Positions 28,693-38,499 of a DNA stretch of 64,000 bases are shown here, piece by piece. A program made the translations under genes and the position numbers. The stretch is from a virus. Where the stretch lies: the UHGV virus genome UHGV-0128973. One strand, given 5' to 3'. The notes beneath the pieces were generated by a model. The model was not told the origin of the DNA. It searched no databases and was given only the letters and a program-made list of their open reading frames with translations. Numbering within the stretch: position 1 is the first letter of the stretch; each line of letters starts with the position of its first letter.

Positions 28693-29085
28693 TTATTCTA
28701 CGCTTTCGATAAGAAGACCATGTTCATAACATTTAAGCTCATCGCCTTCGTACAGGAATTGGTATCCAATACCACCATATTCAGGCACATTAGGGAATAA
28801 CTCATCACTTACCGAAGAACAAATCACACCAATGCAGCGATCAACGCCTTCTCGTTCTTCAGTGCTGAAAAAATCCTCTTCGGTAAGAACATGAGTACAT
28901 TGCTCATCAGCATAGGTCGGAAATACATGCTCGATGCAATCCGGGTGTTTTAAACCAAGCTGATCGGCAAGCTCGAAAGCATGACGGTATTGTTCAGATC
29001 CTGGCTTGCCAACAGTGATGTGCTCAATTTTGTAGATTGAAGTCGCTTTGTTGATAGTTTGCTTTACTGTTACTTTATCAGACAT
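28693..29085 (-). CDS. Hypothetical protein (130 aa)
   Basis: ORF track. Confidence 0.45.
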   Translation of the reverse strand: MSDKVTVKQTINKATSIYKIEHITVGKPGSEQYRHAFELADQLGLKHPDCIEHVFPTYADEQCTHVLTEEDFFSTEEREGVDRCIGVICSSVSDELFPNVPEYGGIGYQFLYEGDELKCYEHGLLIESVE

Positions 29086-29096
29086 AAAAATCCCTT

Positions 29097-29348
29097 TTAG
29101 TTACCGCTGATAGCGCGGTTGTAATCATTAACGTTGCGATTCTTCCTGTTAATCCCCTTCAGCATCGTTTCTGTATCGAGGATATACGCTGGCAGATCAT
29201 CAAAATATTCACTGCTAAACTCTGGCATCCTGCACATAAATGCACTTTTGGGGGCAGGGTGGTTAACCTTTGTCGGCGTCGGCGTTAAATTCGCTGATCG
29301 ACTCCCGGAGCAACCGCTGAGTGTCAGCAGGAATGCGCTGGCGAACAT
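29097..29348 (-). CDS. Outer-membrane lipoprotein, candidate o-spanin (83 aa from the start at 29348)
   Basis: Track ORF 29097..29429; internal start gives MFASAFLLTLSGCSGS (lipobox LSGC) and a Pro-rich mature part; overlaps the 3' end of the upstream membrane coiled-coil ORF. Confidence 0.5.
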   Translation of the reverse strand: MFASAFLLTLSGCSGSRSANLTPTPTKVNHPAPKSAFMCRMPEFSSEYFDDLPAYILDTETMLKGINRKNRNVNDYNRAISGN

Positions 29349-29685
29349 TACCCGCCGCAACCAGTTGTTTCTGAACTTCAGCTTTTCGTTCCATTTGCCT
29401 GTCAGCATATTTGGCTTGTTCTGATTCATTTTTCACTTCCTGGCTGTGAAAATGTTGCTCTGCTTTGTTCATCGTCTCAATGGTCTGGTTAAGATCCATT
29501 ATTGACTTATCACGTTCCTTAATAGCCTGATCAAGACTGCCAATTTTCTCCATGGCTTGCTTTAGCTGATGACGTTCCCATGCAAACCCAGCACCAACAA
29601 GTGCGCAAATCAGAACAAGAACACCAGTAGCAGCAAGTTTCTCCTTCAAAGACAAAGCTGTTTTTAACGTAGAAAAGAATGACAT
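29263..29685 (-). CDS. Membrane-anchored coiled-coil protein, candidate i-spanin
   Basis: Track ORF 29263..29712; second ATG at 29685 has RBS AGGAGG; N-terminal transmembrane segment GVLVLICALVGAGFAW, then coiled-coil-like sequence. Confidence 0.5.
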   Translation of the reverse strand: MSFFSTLKTALSLKEKLAATGVLVLICALVGAGFAWERHQLKQAMEKIGSLDQAIKERDKSIMDLNQTIETMNKAEQHFHSQEVKNESEQAKYADRQMERKAEVQKQLVAAGNVRQRIPADTQRLLRESISEFNADADKG

Positions 29686-29724
29686 GTCTTCCTCCTGAAG
29701 AAAAATTATCAATGAAGTCCTTTG

Positions 29725-30570
29725 TTACTGTGCCGCTTTGTTTAATTCATCAAGAACAGAATCAGGAACCAAAGCGGCAACTGCGCTGGCTGTGCTGACC
29801 TTATTTGCTGATGCTTCCGCAAGCGCGGTACCGATAGCATGGTTATAAGCAGTTATGGCTACGTTGGCGCTTTCATACGCTCGTTCATACTGCTGTTGTA
29901 ACGCAGTTGTGGGCGCTGTTGTCTGGTTGAAAACAACCCTAAACTGTTCCGTTGCTACTTTCAGAGATTCAATTTGCTCTTCTGTTAGTGCTGGTGGGGG
30001 AGTGGCAGTGCCGCCGCCTGAACCAGAGCCTGACGAGCTTCCTGAGCCAGTGTTAAGGGTCTGGTTAATCTCCCCCATAGCAGCGACTAAACTTGATGTA
30101 TTAAGCGCGTTAACAGCGTCCTCAAGCGATTTAGTAATATTCACATCACCAATGGCAATAGAGATCGGCAGTTCTGAAACTTCTCGCTCATTAGCACGGC
30201 AGTAAACATCCCAACCAATATCGAGTTGAAGCAGCATTGACAGATCTGCATAACCAGCCAACAGGTCCGCGTGCTTAGTTGCCAGTTCTCCAATGTTCGT
30301 TAAGCCGGTTGTGGTTGTTCTGATCGTTGAAACATAGCTGGTAATAGTGTCGGGATAGACAATTGTATCCAGAATTAATCCGGTCAATTCTTCTGCAAGC
30401 AGTTTTGCTGTGTTAGCACTGTTTCGTGCCGATGTTATGGCACCAGGTGTTTTCATCCCACCGGCGGCGGCCAATTTTTTATATGCGGATAACTGGTAGT
30501 CTTTTTCCAGCATGATATCTCCTAACTTACCTGAACCAGGCCGTCTCCGGACGCTACGGTAGATCCGCAT
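29725..30570 (-). CDS. Hypothetical protein with Gly/Ser-rich linker (281 aa)
   Basis: ORF track. Confidence 0.5.
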   Translation of the reverse strand: MRIYRSVRRRPGSGKLGDIMLEKDYQLSAYKKLAAAGGMKTPGAITSARNSANTAKLLAEELTGLILDTIVYPDTITSYVSTIRTTTTGLTNIGELATKHADLLAGYADLSMLLQLDIGWDVYCRANEREVSELPISIAIGDVNITKSLEDAVNALNTSSLVAAMGEINQTLNTGSGSSSGSGSGGGTATPPPALTEEQIESLKVATEQFRVVFNQTTAPTTALQQQYERAYESANVAITAYNHAIGTALAEASANKVSTASAVAALVPDSVLDELNKAAQ

Positions 30571-30806
30571 GAAACAGGGTCACCAACGCATACGATCCCT
30601 TTACCATTGACGGTAAACCATGCCCTGGTTGATATAGCTTGCCCACCGTGCGTACTGTTTCCATCGGTATGCTGTGCATATTGCTTACCATCAACTAACA
30701 CTTCGACTCCGTTGACTTTAAGTAGTGGTTCACTCTCTACAGGAGGCCTGGATGGGAATCCTCCGTGCCCCGAACAAATGCTGTCTTTTGTTGCAATACT
30801 TGCCAC
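30522..30806 (-). CDS. PAAR-like small protein (94 aa)
   Basis: ORF track; Gly/His/Cys-rich composition with GHGG and GDPVSCGS motifs reminiscent of PAAR spike-tip proteins (inference). Confidence 0.4.
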   Translation of the reverse strand: MASIATKDSICSGHGGFPSRPPVESEPLLKVNGVEVLVDGKQYAQHTDGNSTHGGQAISTRAWFTVNGKGIVCVGDPVSCGSTVASGDGLVQVS

Positions 30807-30886
30807 GTCATCACCAATTATTTGCTCTGGTTTTCGTTATTTTAACTTAGGTTACTTGTGGTCTACATGGTGTTAACTATTGTATG

Positions 30887-30903
30887 ATTGCTCTAATAAA
30901 TAT
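30887..30903 (+). promoter_or_regulatory. C1-operator-like 17-mer (ATTGCTCTAATAAATAT) upstream of the hrdC-dmt operon
   Basis: 16/17 motif match in the divergent intergenic region. Confidence 0.55.
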
Positions 30904-31251
30904 TGTTTTTTATGTCGTGTTTTCGGTACCATTCAGCCATCGCCCTTCAATGGGTATTTGTTTGGAGTCGTCAGATGCAGATGGAGCTAATAAGCCGCAA
31001 AGAGTTCGATAGCCGTGTAACCAGCGGTGAACTCGACAACTTGCAGGCTATCAAGGTGAAAGAAGGCTTTTGCCTCATTGGGAATCAGAGCGGAACAAAT
31101 CGCGTTTTTATGCTTCGCCGTACGGATTTGAAGCCATTTGTCTGGAAGAACGAAATTGGTCCCAGCTCATACGCTCAAACTAGGGGGTGCCTCAACCTGG
31201 CCTTTTTCTACAAAAACGAGCTTTCTGTGGTTGATATTCAAGGGTTACAAC

Positions 31252-32157
31252 ATGTTTAAGCACTGGAAAAACATTACTATTTATAAACTTTCTCGTGAAG
31301 CGGATCTGACCGACTTAGAAGATAAAAAGAAAATGATCCTTTTCACGCCATGCGGTAGTCAGGATATGGCCAAGTTCGGTTTTGTATCTCCATTTGGTGA
31401 TAATTCCGAAGTTATCGCTATGCATGGAAATGGTTTTATCCTTGTTGAAGCAAAGCGCGAAACAAAAATCCTTCCCCCGCCGGTTATCCAGCGAGCTATT
31501 CAAGAAAAAATTGAAAAACTCGAGCAAGAACAAGCGCGTAAACTGAAGAAAACAGAGAAGGACTCCCTGAAAGACGAAGTTCTGCATTCTCTTCTGCCAC
31601 GGGCGTTTTCAAAGTTTTCTGTTATCCAGGCGATCTACGACGGTTCAACTAAACGTATCTATATCAATGCCAGCGCGCGGCAGGCAGAGGATATGCTCGC
31701 GCTTATGCGTAAATCTCTGGGTTCTCTTCCTGTTGTTCCCCTAAGTGTTGAAAATCCCATTGAATTAACGCTGACCGACTGGGTACGTGATGGTAGTGCT
31801 CCACAGGGATTTCAAATGGGGGATGCGGCAGAACTTAAGGCAGTGCTTGAGGATGGCGGTATTGCCCGAGTGAAAAAGCAGGATTTGGGAAGCGATGAAA
31901 TTTCCACACACCTGGAAGCTGGCAAGCTCGTTACTAAGTTGGCACTCGACTGGCAGAACCGCATTAAATTTACACTGGACCATAACTTCAGCCTTACCAG
32001 CGTCAAATTTGCGGATGAATTGCTTGAGCAGAACTCTGATATTGATAGTGAAGATGTTGCGCAGCGACTGGACGCAGATTTCTTCCTGTTGACCAGTGAA
32101 ATTTCGTGCCTGGTTGATGCTCTGGTAAATGCCCTTGGTGGAGAGGCTAAGCAGTGA
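31252..32157 (+). CDS. hrdC: RdgC-like recombination-associated protein
   Basis: Track ORF 31138..32157; strong resemblance to RdgC begins at the internal ATG 31252 ([16 protein letters not shown]...[14 protein letters not shown]). Confidence 0.8.
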   Translation: MFKHWKNITIYKLSREADLTDLEDKKKMILFTPCGSQDMAKFGFVSPFGDNSEVIAMHGNGFILVEAKRETKILPPPVIQRAIQEKIEKLEQEQARKLKKTEKDSLKDEVLHSLLPRAFSKFSVIQAIYDGSTKRIYINASARQAEDMLALMRKSLGSLPVVPLSVENPIELTLTDWVRDGSAPQGFQMGDAAELKAVLEDGGIARVKKQDLGSDEISTHLEAGKLVTKLALDWQNRIKFTLDHNFSLTSVKFADELLEQNSDIDSEDVAQRLDADFFLLTSEISCLVDALVNALGGEAKQ

Positions 32158-34418
32158 AAGAGCTGTGCTATGGATCTGTTTGCAGTGGAATTGAAGCCGC
32201 GAGTATTGCCTGGGAACCGTTGGGTATGCGTCCGGCGTGGTTTGCTGAAATCGAGCCTTTTCCATCTGCCGTTCTTGCGCACCGCTGGCCCCATGTCGCC
32301 AACCTTGGCGACATGACAAAACTTGCCAAAAAAGTCCTGGCTGGGGAAATCGAATCCCCTGATGTGCTCGTCGGGGGTACGCCTTGTCAGGCATTCAGTA
32401 TCGCGGGCTTACGTGGTGGGCTTGATGATGAACGCGGCGCGCTAACTTTGAAGTATGTGGAGCTTGCAAATGCAATTGACGACAAACGGTCTGAGTCCTT
32501 CCTCAAACCGACAGTTATCGTCTGGGAAAATGTCCCAGGAGTCCTGTCATCGGCAGATAACGCCTTCGGATGTTTCCTTGCCGGATTGGCTGGAGAAGAT
32601 GCGCCATTTGAACCAGGTGATCGACCTGAATCAGGAAAAAGTAACGCGTTCTGGCGGTGGGATGGCAAAACCGGTTGCCATGCTCCAAAGTGGCCGCAGT
32701 GTGGTTGTATTTATGGACCGCAGCGAAAGGTGGCCTGGAGAATCCTTGATGCCCAATACTTCGGAGTGGCACAACGACGCCGACGCGTGTTTGTTGTCGC
32801 AAGTGCTCGAACAGACCTCGATCCCGCAACGGTACTTTTTGAGTTCGAAGGCGTGCGCCGGAATATTGCGCCGAGCCGAAAAAAGAAGGAAATCGCTTCC
32901 GCCATTATTGCAAATGGCGCTGCAATCAGTGGCGAAAGCCTAAATCCATGCCTACACGCTGACATGCCACCCGGTATGAAATCGACGAAAGCCGTAAACG
33001 CTTTCAGGATGGCGGCATTTGGGGAATATATTGACGATGAAACCGCATCGACAGTAAAGGCAAGAGATTTTAAAGATGCCACTGACCTTGCCGTTTTTAG
33101 CAGCACAGGAGCAGGTTTTTGGTCAGAAGGGCATGGTACATTGCGGGCACGTGAGCAAGAAAGCCATGAGCATCTTGTTACATTGGCTTTTCCTGAGCGT
33201 ATGAGCGGTACACAACATGCTGCAACTAAGAATACTTCACCATCTCTAATGGCTAAAAATCCAACAGCTGTATGCTATGAAGTAAGAAACGCAGAAGTAG
33301 CTGTCCGCCGTCTTACCCCTGTCGAATGTGAAAGGCTGCAAGGTTTTCCTGATGGGCATACGTTGATCCCGACGGAAAAGCGTAAAAAAGTTAATTCAGA
33401 TGAACTGGCATATCTTCGCAATCACTATCCAGATTTAAGCGAAGAAGAGGCCGCGATGCTTGCAGCTGACGGACCGCGTTACAAAGCGATCGGCAATAGT
33501 ATGGCAATACCAGTAATGTGCTGGATTGGCGATCGGATTACTAAGGCCGTATGTCGGCAGAAAGAAGGAAGTGAAACAAAAGAGCGAAAAGTTAAACCAG
33601 CGGCAGAATTCGAACGGTCCATATTCAAATGGGCTGGTGGAAAATTTGGTGTTCTGGAACAAATCTTTCGCTATTTGCCAGAAGGGAAGCGCCTGATTGA
33701 ACCTTTCGTTGGTGGCGGAGCTGTCTTCATGAATGCCGGATACCAGGAAAATCTGCTAAATGATGTGAATGCTGACCTGATTAACTTTTACAAGACTCTG
33801 CAACGCGAGGCGCATTCACTTATCACTCTGGCACATCGTTTCTTCCAGGACTACAACACGCAGGAAGGATACCTGGCAGTACGGAATGCGTTTAACAAAC
33901 AAGTCTATGATGATTTACATCGCGCAGCGGCGTTTTTGTTCCTGAACCGACATTGTTTTAACGGATTGACGCGTTACAACCAAGCCGGTGAGTTCAATGT
34001 CGGTTATGGGAAGTATAAAACTCCGTATTTCCCATTGCAGGAGATGGAAGCCTTCCTTGGTGCGGAAGGGCGTTCTGAGTTTGTATGTGGTGATTTTGCT
34101 GCGGTGATTGAAGCTGCCGGAGAAGGAGATGTCATCTTTTGCGATCCGCCGTATGAACCGCTCCCAAATACAGAGGGATTCACGAACTATTCCGGTCATG
34201 ACTTTAAGTTTGAAGAGCAAAAACGCCTGGTGTCTCTGTTGACGGATGCTCATCGCCGAGGTGCAAAGGTTCTCATTACTAACAGTGGCGCGCCAAACAT
34301 CAGAGAACTTTATCAGGACAGTGGCTTCAGAGTGGAACCTCTTTTTGCCAGACGTTCTGTGTCTTGTAAGGGGGACACTCGAGGTGTTGCTCATGACGTT
34401 ATAGCAATATTGCTCTAA
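32154..34418 (+). CDS. dmt: Bifunctional DNA methyltransferase: N-terminal C5-cytosine MTase-like, C-terminal N6-adenine MTase-like (754 aa)
   Basis: ORF track; GTG start overlapping the hrdC stop; motifs [11 protein letters not shown] and ENVPG (C5-MTase), and DPPY (N6-MTase). Confidence 0.85.
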   Translation: MKELCYGSVCSGIEAASIAWEPLGMRPAWFAEIEPFPSAVLAHRWPHVANLGDMTKLAKKVLAGEIESPDVLVGGTPCQAFSIAGLRGGLDDERGALTLKYVELANAIDDKRSESFLKPTVIVWENVPGVLSSADNAFGCFLAGLAGEDAPFEPGDRPESGKSNAFWRWDGKTGCHAPKWPQCGCIYGPQRKVAWRILDAQYFGVAQRRRRVFVVASARTDLDPATVLFEFEGVRRNIAPSRKKKEIASAIIANGAAISGESLNPCLHADMPPGMKSTKAVNAFRMAAFGEYIDDETASTVKARDFKDATDLAVFSSTGAGFWSEGHGTLRAREQESHEHLVTLAFPERMSGTQHAATKNTSPSLMAKNPTAVCYEVRNAEVAVRRLTPVECERLQGFPDGHTLIPTEKRKKVNSDELAYLRNHYPDLSEEEAAMLAADGPRYKAIGNSMAIPVMCWIGDRITKAVCRQKEGSETKERKVKPAAEFERSIFKWAGGKFGVLEQIFRYLPEGKRLIEPFVGGGAVFMNAGYQENLLNDVNADLINFYKTLQREAHSLITLAHRFFQDYNTQEGYLAVRNAFNKQVYDDLHRAAAFLFLNRHCFNGLTRYNQAGEFNVGYGKYKTPYFPLQEMEAFLGAEGRSEFVCGDFAAVIEAAGEGDVIFCDPPYEPLPNTEGFTNYSGHDFKFEEQKRLVSLLTDAHRRGAKVLITNSGAPNIRELYQDSGFRVEPLFARRSVSCKGDTRGVAHDVIAILL

Positions 34419-34425
34419 TAAATTT
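34409..34425 (+). promoter_or_regulatory. C1-operator-like 17-mer (ATTGCTCTAATAAATTT) overlapping the dmt stop codon
   Basis: Perfect motif copy; the dmt TAA (34416-34418) lies inside it. Confidence 0.55.
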
Positions 34426-34602
34426 ATTAGTGTAATATCGCCTCAATGAATCGTGATTTATAGAGCGATTTAGCTGTTAGCCGCGACAGGCGCGGCGGCA
34501 AGTATGGCGGGGTAGTGACTCCTTCCCCCTCATGACGCCGAGTTGCCAGGTTGACCATACGCCTAAGTGGCAACACCGAAGTGCGTTACGAGCTTCCAGT
34601 TT

Positions 34603-34628
34603 GCCCATCTTCGGGTGGGCGTTTTTTT
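34603..34628 (+). terminator. Rho-independent terminator after dmt
   Basis: Stem gcccatc / ggtgggc with loop ttcg, followed by a run of seven T. Confidence 0.55.
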
Positions 34629-35093
34629 CAGGGTTTTCGTCATGGTTAGCGACTTTGCGGCGGTTTAGAAACTGACCATTAAAGTAAATGCAAACGATGA
34701 TCTGATGATGGTAGCGGCCTAAGAAGCCAGACGCCACGGGGTATGAGTCGTCCCCCGTCAAAAAATCGACCGCAGAGTGTCCCCGTCTGTGTATTAGGGA
34801 ACGGGGAGGCACAACAGGTAAGGGCGCTGGTGTGATTAACCAGATGAACGAGAAGGGGCCATCTGTTGGTCAGCGTCCTTTCCTGTTGCGTCTTCTTTTC
34901 AGCGTAACAGCGGTGCTTAACAGCACTTTGGGTACAGTTCCACGAATTTACGGGTATATCCCGTCATGCTGAAAGCGCTAATCACGCTGGAAGCCAGGGT
35001 TATGCATCCCCTGTTACCGAATTGCAGCCAGGGCGCGGTGCGCCGAAAAGCATACGGAGGTGGAAGCCCTCGCCGGAGACGTACCCGGCAAGT

Positions 35094-35168
35094 GATGGTG
35101 TAGCTCAGCGGTAGAGCAGTTGGCTGTTAACCAACTGGTCGGTGGTTCGAATCCACCCACCATCGCCA
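35094..35168 (+). tRNA. tRNA-Asn (anticodon GUU)
   Basis: Hand-folded cloverleaf: acceptor GATGGTG/CACCATC, anticodon loop CTGTTAA, T-loop TTCGAAT, encoded CCA. Confidence 0.85.
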
Positions 35169-35173
35169 ATTTA

Positions 35174-35260
35174 GGGGAGTTAGTCCGTAGGGGTAGCGGG
35201 GTAGACTGTAAATCTACTGTCATTGCGACTCGGGTGGTTCGACTCCATCACTCCCCACCA
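35174..35260 (+). tRNA. Type II tRNA with anticodon GUA (tRNA-Tyr-like, 87 nt)
   Basis: Acceptor GGGGAGT/ACTCCCC, anticodon arm GTAGA-CTGTAAA-TCTAC, long variable arm, T-loop TTCGACT, encoded CCA; the D-arm is imperfect. Confidence 0.6.
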
Positions 35261-35264
35261 AATT

Positions 35265-35340
35265 GCCGGTTTAGCTCAGTTGGTAGAGCAGTCGCTTTGT
35301 AAGCGAATGGTCAGCGGTTCGATCCCGTTAACCGGCACCA
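35265..35340 (+). tRNA. tRNA-Thr (anticodon UGU)
   Basis: Acceptor GCCGGTT/AACCGGC, anticodon loop TTTGTAA, T-loop TTCGATC, encoded CCA. Confidence 0.8.
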
Positions 35341-36072
35341 ACACAACAGGTAAGAGCATTTGTAGAGTTCGACTCTCTACCGTGGGCTTTTTCCCGCGAT
35401 GCGAGCCATAAATGCTCTTACCGTTGTGATGAAGTGCAGCTCTTAGAAGCAACCAGAAGATAAGCATCTGGCTTCACAACATAAACCGCAGGAACGACCA
35501 ATAAACGGTAGTCCGTATGGAGAACACCCCGTTGAGGAAGAGGCCTGGCCGGAACCGTAACCGGCACTACAACGTTGAGAACACTGGCGTAACGGGGTCA
35601 TATCCCAATCTACGAATAAATGTTGCGTTGCAGCGTGACAACCAGTGTTCTCAACATTGTGGTGAATGCACAGGCTGATGTGCCGCAACTACAGTAGTGC
35701 GCGCTTTGCGGGGCTTGCTACAACCCTGTGTCGGAGTTCAGCACCGACCATCACAGTTTGATTCTCTGGCATGAGCATAACGCTGAAATAAGTCCAGCCT
35801 GGTGCGGCCCGATCACCCGCCGTTAGCTCCACGAAACGGAGCACGTAACAGGTAAGAGCATTCTCCTGTAACGGGTTCATATCCCAATCTACAGGTCCAC
35901 CAGGAATGCTCTTTCCGTTGCGGTGAATGCGGCTAAGCGCACGCGGGGAAATGGTTATATCAGTCCATTCATTTCTCCTTGTTTCCCCGTCCACGGTGGA
36001 TAACCAGCCAAAGGACACCGGGAGGCACCCGGCACCGCAACCTTATTTCCCAACCAGTAATGAGGTTAATAA

Positions 36073-36498
36073 ATGCTCGGCATTCTCAAAAAGAAATTCC
36101 GCAAAGCGGCTGGCGGAGTCAAGAAGATGGAAAACCGTGATGCGGTGGAAGCGACTGTCTGGGGCGCATATTCCATTGCATACTCTGACGGCACCTGCGA
36201 TGCGAAAGAAATTGCAGTATTGGAAAAAACCATTGCAGCACTTCCTGCCTTTGCGCCGTTCTCCGGTGAAATTGCCCAGATGAGCGCCAATATTCGCGCT
36301 CAATATGAAGCCTCGCCGCGCCGAGCGAATGCCCAGGCTTTACGTGAACTGGCTGACGTGTCTGGAACTAATGATGCGGTAGATGTTCTGTGCCTATGCA
36401 TTGATATTGCTGACCAGGATGGCATTGGGGCAGAAGAGCAGGAGCAATTGAAGAAAATTGCCCAGGCTCTTCAATTGCCACTGGAACAGTATATCTGA
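36073..36498 (+). CDS. tciA: TerB-like protein (tellurite-resistance TerB family, 141 aa)
   Basis: ORF track; acidic TerB-like sequence with DG/EE-rich helices; followed by two tiny membrane ORFs. Confidence 0.55.
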   Translation: MLGILKKKFRKAAGGVKKMENRDAVEATVWGAYSIAYSDGTCDAKEIAVLEKTIAALPAFAPFSGEIAQMSANIRAQYEASPRRANAQALRELADVSGTNDAVDVLCLCIDIADQDGIGAEEQEQLKKIAQALQLPLEQYI

Positions 36499-36662
36499 TG
36501 GTTATAAAAGCACGTCTAATTCTGGCTTTGGTTTTTCTCGTGCTATCTGTGCTGGTGGATTTCACCAGCACAATCCTGTCGGTTTTATCCGACGGGGCGT
36601 TGGTAGCAGTAGCTGTAACATTGGTATGGCCGATATTAAAAACAGCTTCTAAGGAACAGTGA
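36498..36662 (+). CDS. tciB: Small hydrophobic protein (54 aa)
   Basis: My translation (ATG overlapping the tciA stop): MVIKARLILALVFLVLSVLVDFTSTILSVLSDGALVAVAVTLVWPILKTASKEQ; below the ORF-track size cut-off. Confidence 0.4.
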   Translation: MVIKARLILALVFLVLSVLVDFTSTILSVLSDGALVAVAVTLVWPILKTASKEQ

Positions 36663-36769
36663 TGGGCTTCTGGGATTTTGCTGACAAGCATCCAATTGTT
36701 CTCGTTGTCATTGCTGGCATAGTTGTAGGCGGTATTGCTGGCGTCATAGAAGCACTCAGGAAACAGTAA
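36662..36769 (+). CDS. tciC: Small hydrophobic protein (35 aa)
   Basis: My translation (ATGA overlap with tciB stop): MGFWDFADKHPIVLVVIAGIVVGGIAGVIEALRKQ. Confidence 0.35.
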   Translation: MGFWDFADKHPIVLVVIAGIVVGGIAGVIEALRKQ

Positions 36770-36772
36770 TCC

Positions 36773-36848
36773 GGCCCTTTAGCTCAGTGGTTAGAGCTGG
36801 CGACTCATAATCGCACGGTCACCAGTTCAAGTCCGGTAGGGGCCACCA
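36773..36848 (+). tRNA. tRNA with CAU anticodon, Ile2 (lysidine-type) or Met
   Basis: Cloverleaf closely resembles enterobacterial tRNA-Ile2 (GGCCCTTTAGCTCAGTGGTTAGAGC...CTCATAA...TTCAAGT...AGGGGCCACCA). Confidence 0.8.
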
Positions 36849-37134
36849 TATTTGGTTGTAACACGGCGTCTGGCACATGCGTCGTTAGCGGTCTGGTGAC
36901 GTTAAAAGGGGGGAACCTTGCCCCTAGCTCAGGCAACGAACCAGGTAGCCGGAATGTGCAAGCCACCGTTTGTTGTTTCTCGGGTAAAGGGATTCACCAT
37001 CCTGGCGATTCGGTGTGACAGCCGGGAAGAGTCCGGCGCATTAATCCTGATTTTCTGGTGATGACTCATATCGTTAGGAGTGATTTGAGTATGCCGATTA
37101 TATCTGACATTCAGCACGCCTGGGTGGAGTGCTA

Positions 37135-38499
37135 ATGTCTGCATCCCCTCTTGAATCCATGCCAAATTCCCTTAGTGCAGAACAAGCTGTACTTGGTGGC
37201 TTAATGCTTGATAACTGCCGCTGGGATGAAGTTGCAGATCGTATAGTTGCTGATGATTTTTATACCAGTGCTCATCGTGAAATTTTCAGTGAGATGGAGA
37301 GGTTATTAAGTCATGGCAAACCGATTGATTTGATAACACTTGCTGAAGCACTTGAACAGAACGGTAAATTAGAGCGCGCCGGTGGTTTTGCGTACCTTGC
37401 GGAGATGTCAAAGAACACGCCCAGCGCGGCAAATATTTGTGCTTATGCGGATATCGTTCGTGAACGCGCGGTTGTTCGTGAAATGATTTCCGTCGCAAAT
37501 GAAATAGCCGAAGCTGGATATGCGCAGGATGGCAGGGGCAGCAATGAATTGCTGGATATGGCCGAGCGCCGCGTTTTTGAAATAGCTGAAAAACGACAAA
37601 AGAGCGGTAGTGGTCCAAAAGATATCGCCAGCATTCTCGATGCAACGGTATCTCGCATAGAAGAGTTGTTTCAGCGACCACATGATGGTGTAACGGGGCT
37701 TGATACGGGATTTACCGATCTCAATAAGAAGACGGCAGGGCTTCAGCCGTCCGATCTCATCATTGTCGCCGCCCGCCCATCTATGGGGAAGACCACGTTT
37801 GCGATGAATCTCGTCGAAAATGCCGCAGTTCGTAACGATAAGCCCGTATTGGTTTTTAGCCTTGAGATGCCGAGCCACCAGCTGATGATGCGCTCACTGG
37901 CTTCTCTTGCACGCGTTGATCAGACTCGTATTCGGACAGGGCAACTTAACGACGAGGATTGGGCGCGGGTTTCTGGCGCAATGGGTATTCTGTTGGACAA
38001 GCAGAATATTTTTATTGATGACTCAAGCGCCCTGACGCCGACAGAGCTACGTTCCCGCGCTCGTCGTGTTTATAAAGAAAATGGTGGTTTGAGCATGATT
38101 ATGATCGACTACCTGCAACTTATGCGCGTCCCCGAGCTGCAAGATAACCGAACGCTGGAAATTGCCGAGATTTCTCGCTCACTGAAGGCGTTGGCGAAGG
38201 AATTACAAGTACCGGTGGTGGCATTGTCACAACTTAATCGATCGCTTGAACAGCGTGCGGACAAACGACCGGTAAATTCAGATTTACGTGAATCAGGAGC
38301 AATTGAGCAGGACGCAGACCTGATCATGTTTCTGTATCGCGACGAAGTTTATCACCCGGATAGCGAAATGAAGGGCATTGCCGAGGTAATTATCGGAAAG
38401 CAACGAAATGGCCCAATTGGCACGGTGAGATTGGCTTTTAACGGCCAATACTCACGGTTTGATAACTATGCTGGTGCTGACTGGCAAGAGGATTATTAA
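37135..38499 (+). CDS. ban: DnaB-like replicative helicase
   Basis: Track ORF 37129..38499 (GTG); ATG at 37135 with RBS GGGTGGAG; N-terminus AEQAVLGGLMLDN and Walker A ARPSMGKT are DnaB hallmarks. Confidence 0.9.
   Translation: MSASPLESMPNSLSAEQAVLGGLMLDNCRWDEVADRIVADDFYTSAHREIFSEMERLLSHGKPIDLITLAEALEQNGKLERAGGFAYLAEMSKNTPSAANICAYADIVRERAVVREMISVANEIAEAGYAQDGRGSNELLDMAERRVFEIAEKRQKSGSGPKDIASILDATVSRIEELFQRPHDGVTGLDTGFTDLNKKTAGLQPSDLIIVAARPSMGKTTFAMNLVENAAVRNDKPVLVFSLEMPSHQLMMRSLASLARVDQTRIRTGQLNDEDWARVSGAMGILLDKQNIFIDDSSALTPTELRSRARRVYKENGGLSMIMIDYLQLMRVPELQDNRTLEIAEISRSLKALAKELQVPVVALSQLNRSLEQRADKRPVNSDLRESGAIEQDADLIMFLYRDEVYHPDSEMKGIAEVIIGKQRNGPIGTVRLAFNGQYSRFDNYAGADWQEDY

Noticed and set aside
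31138-31251. N-terminal extension of the hrdC track ORF
   Set aside because: Similarity to RdgC begins at the internal ATG 31252; the upstream extension is likely an artefact of longest-ORF calling.
35174-35260. Alternative isotype assignments for the second tRNA
   Set aside because: The 7-nt loop closed by the 5-bp stem GTAGA/TCTAC reads CUGUAAA, giving anticodon GUA, and the long variable arm fits a type II Tyr-like tRNA; the D-arm is imperfect so confidence stays moderate.
35443-36018. Minus-strand track ORFs 35443..35688 and 35689..36018, and plus ORF 35927..36283
   Set aside because: They cover the structured inverted-repeat elements; Cys/Arg-rich translations typical of palindromic non-coding DNA; the plus ORF is out of frame with tciA.
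36929-37165. Minus-strand ORF 36929..37165 in the ban leader
   Set aside because: Antisense to the ban 5' region, no RBS; the long leader more likely carries regulatory RNA structure.
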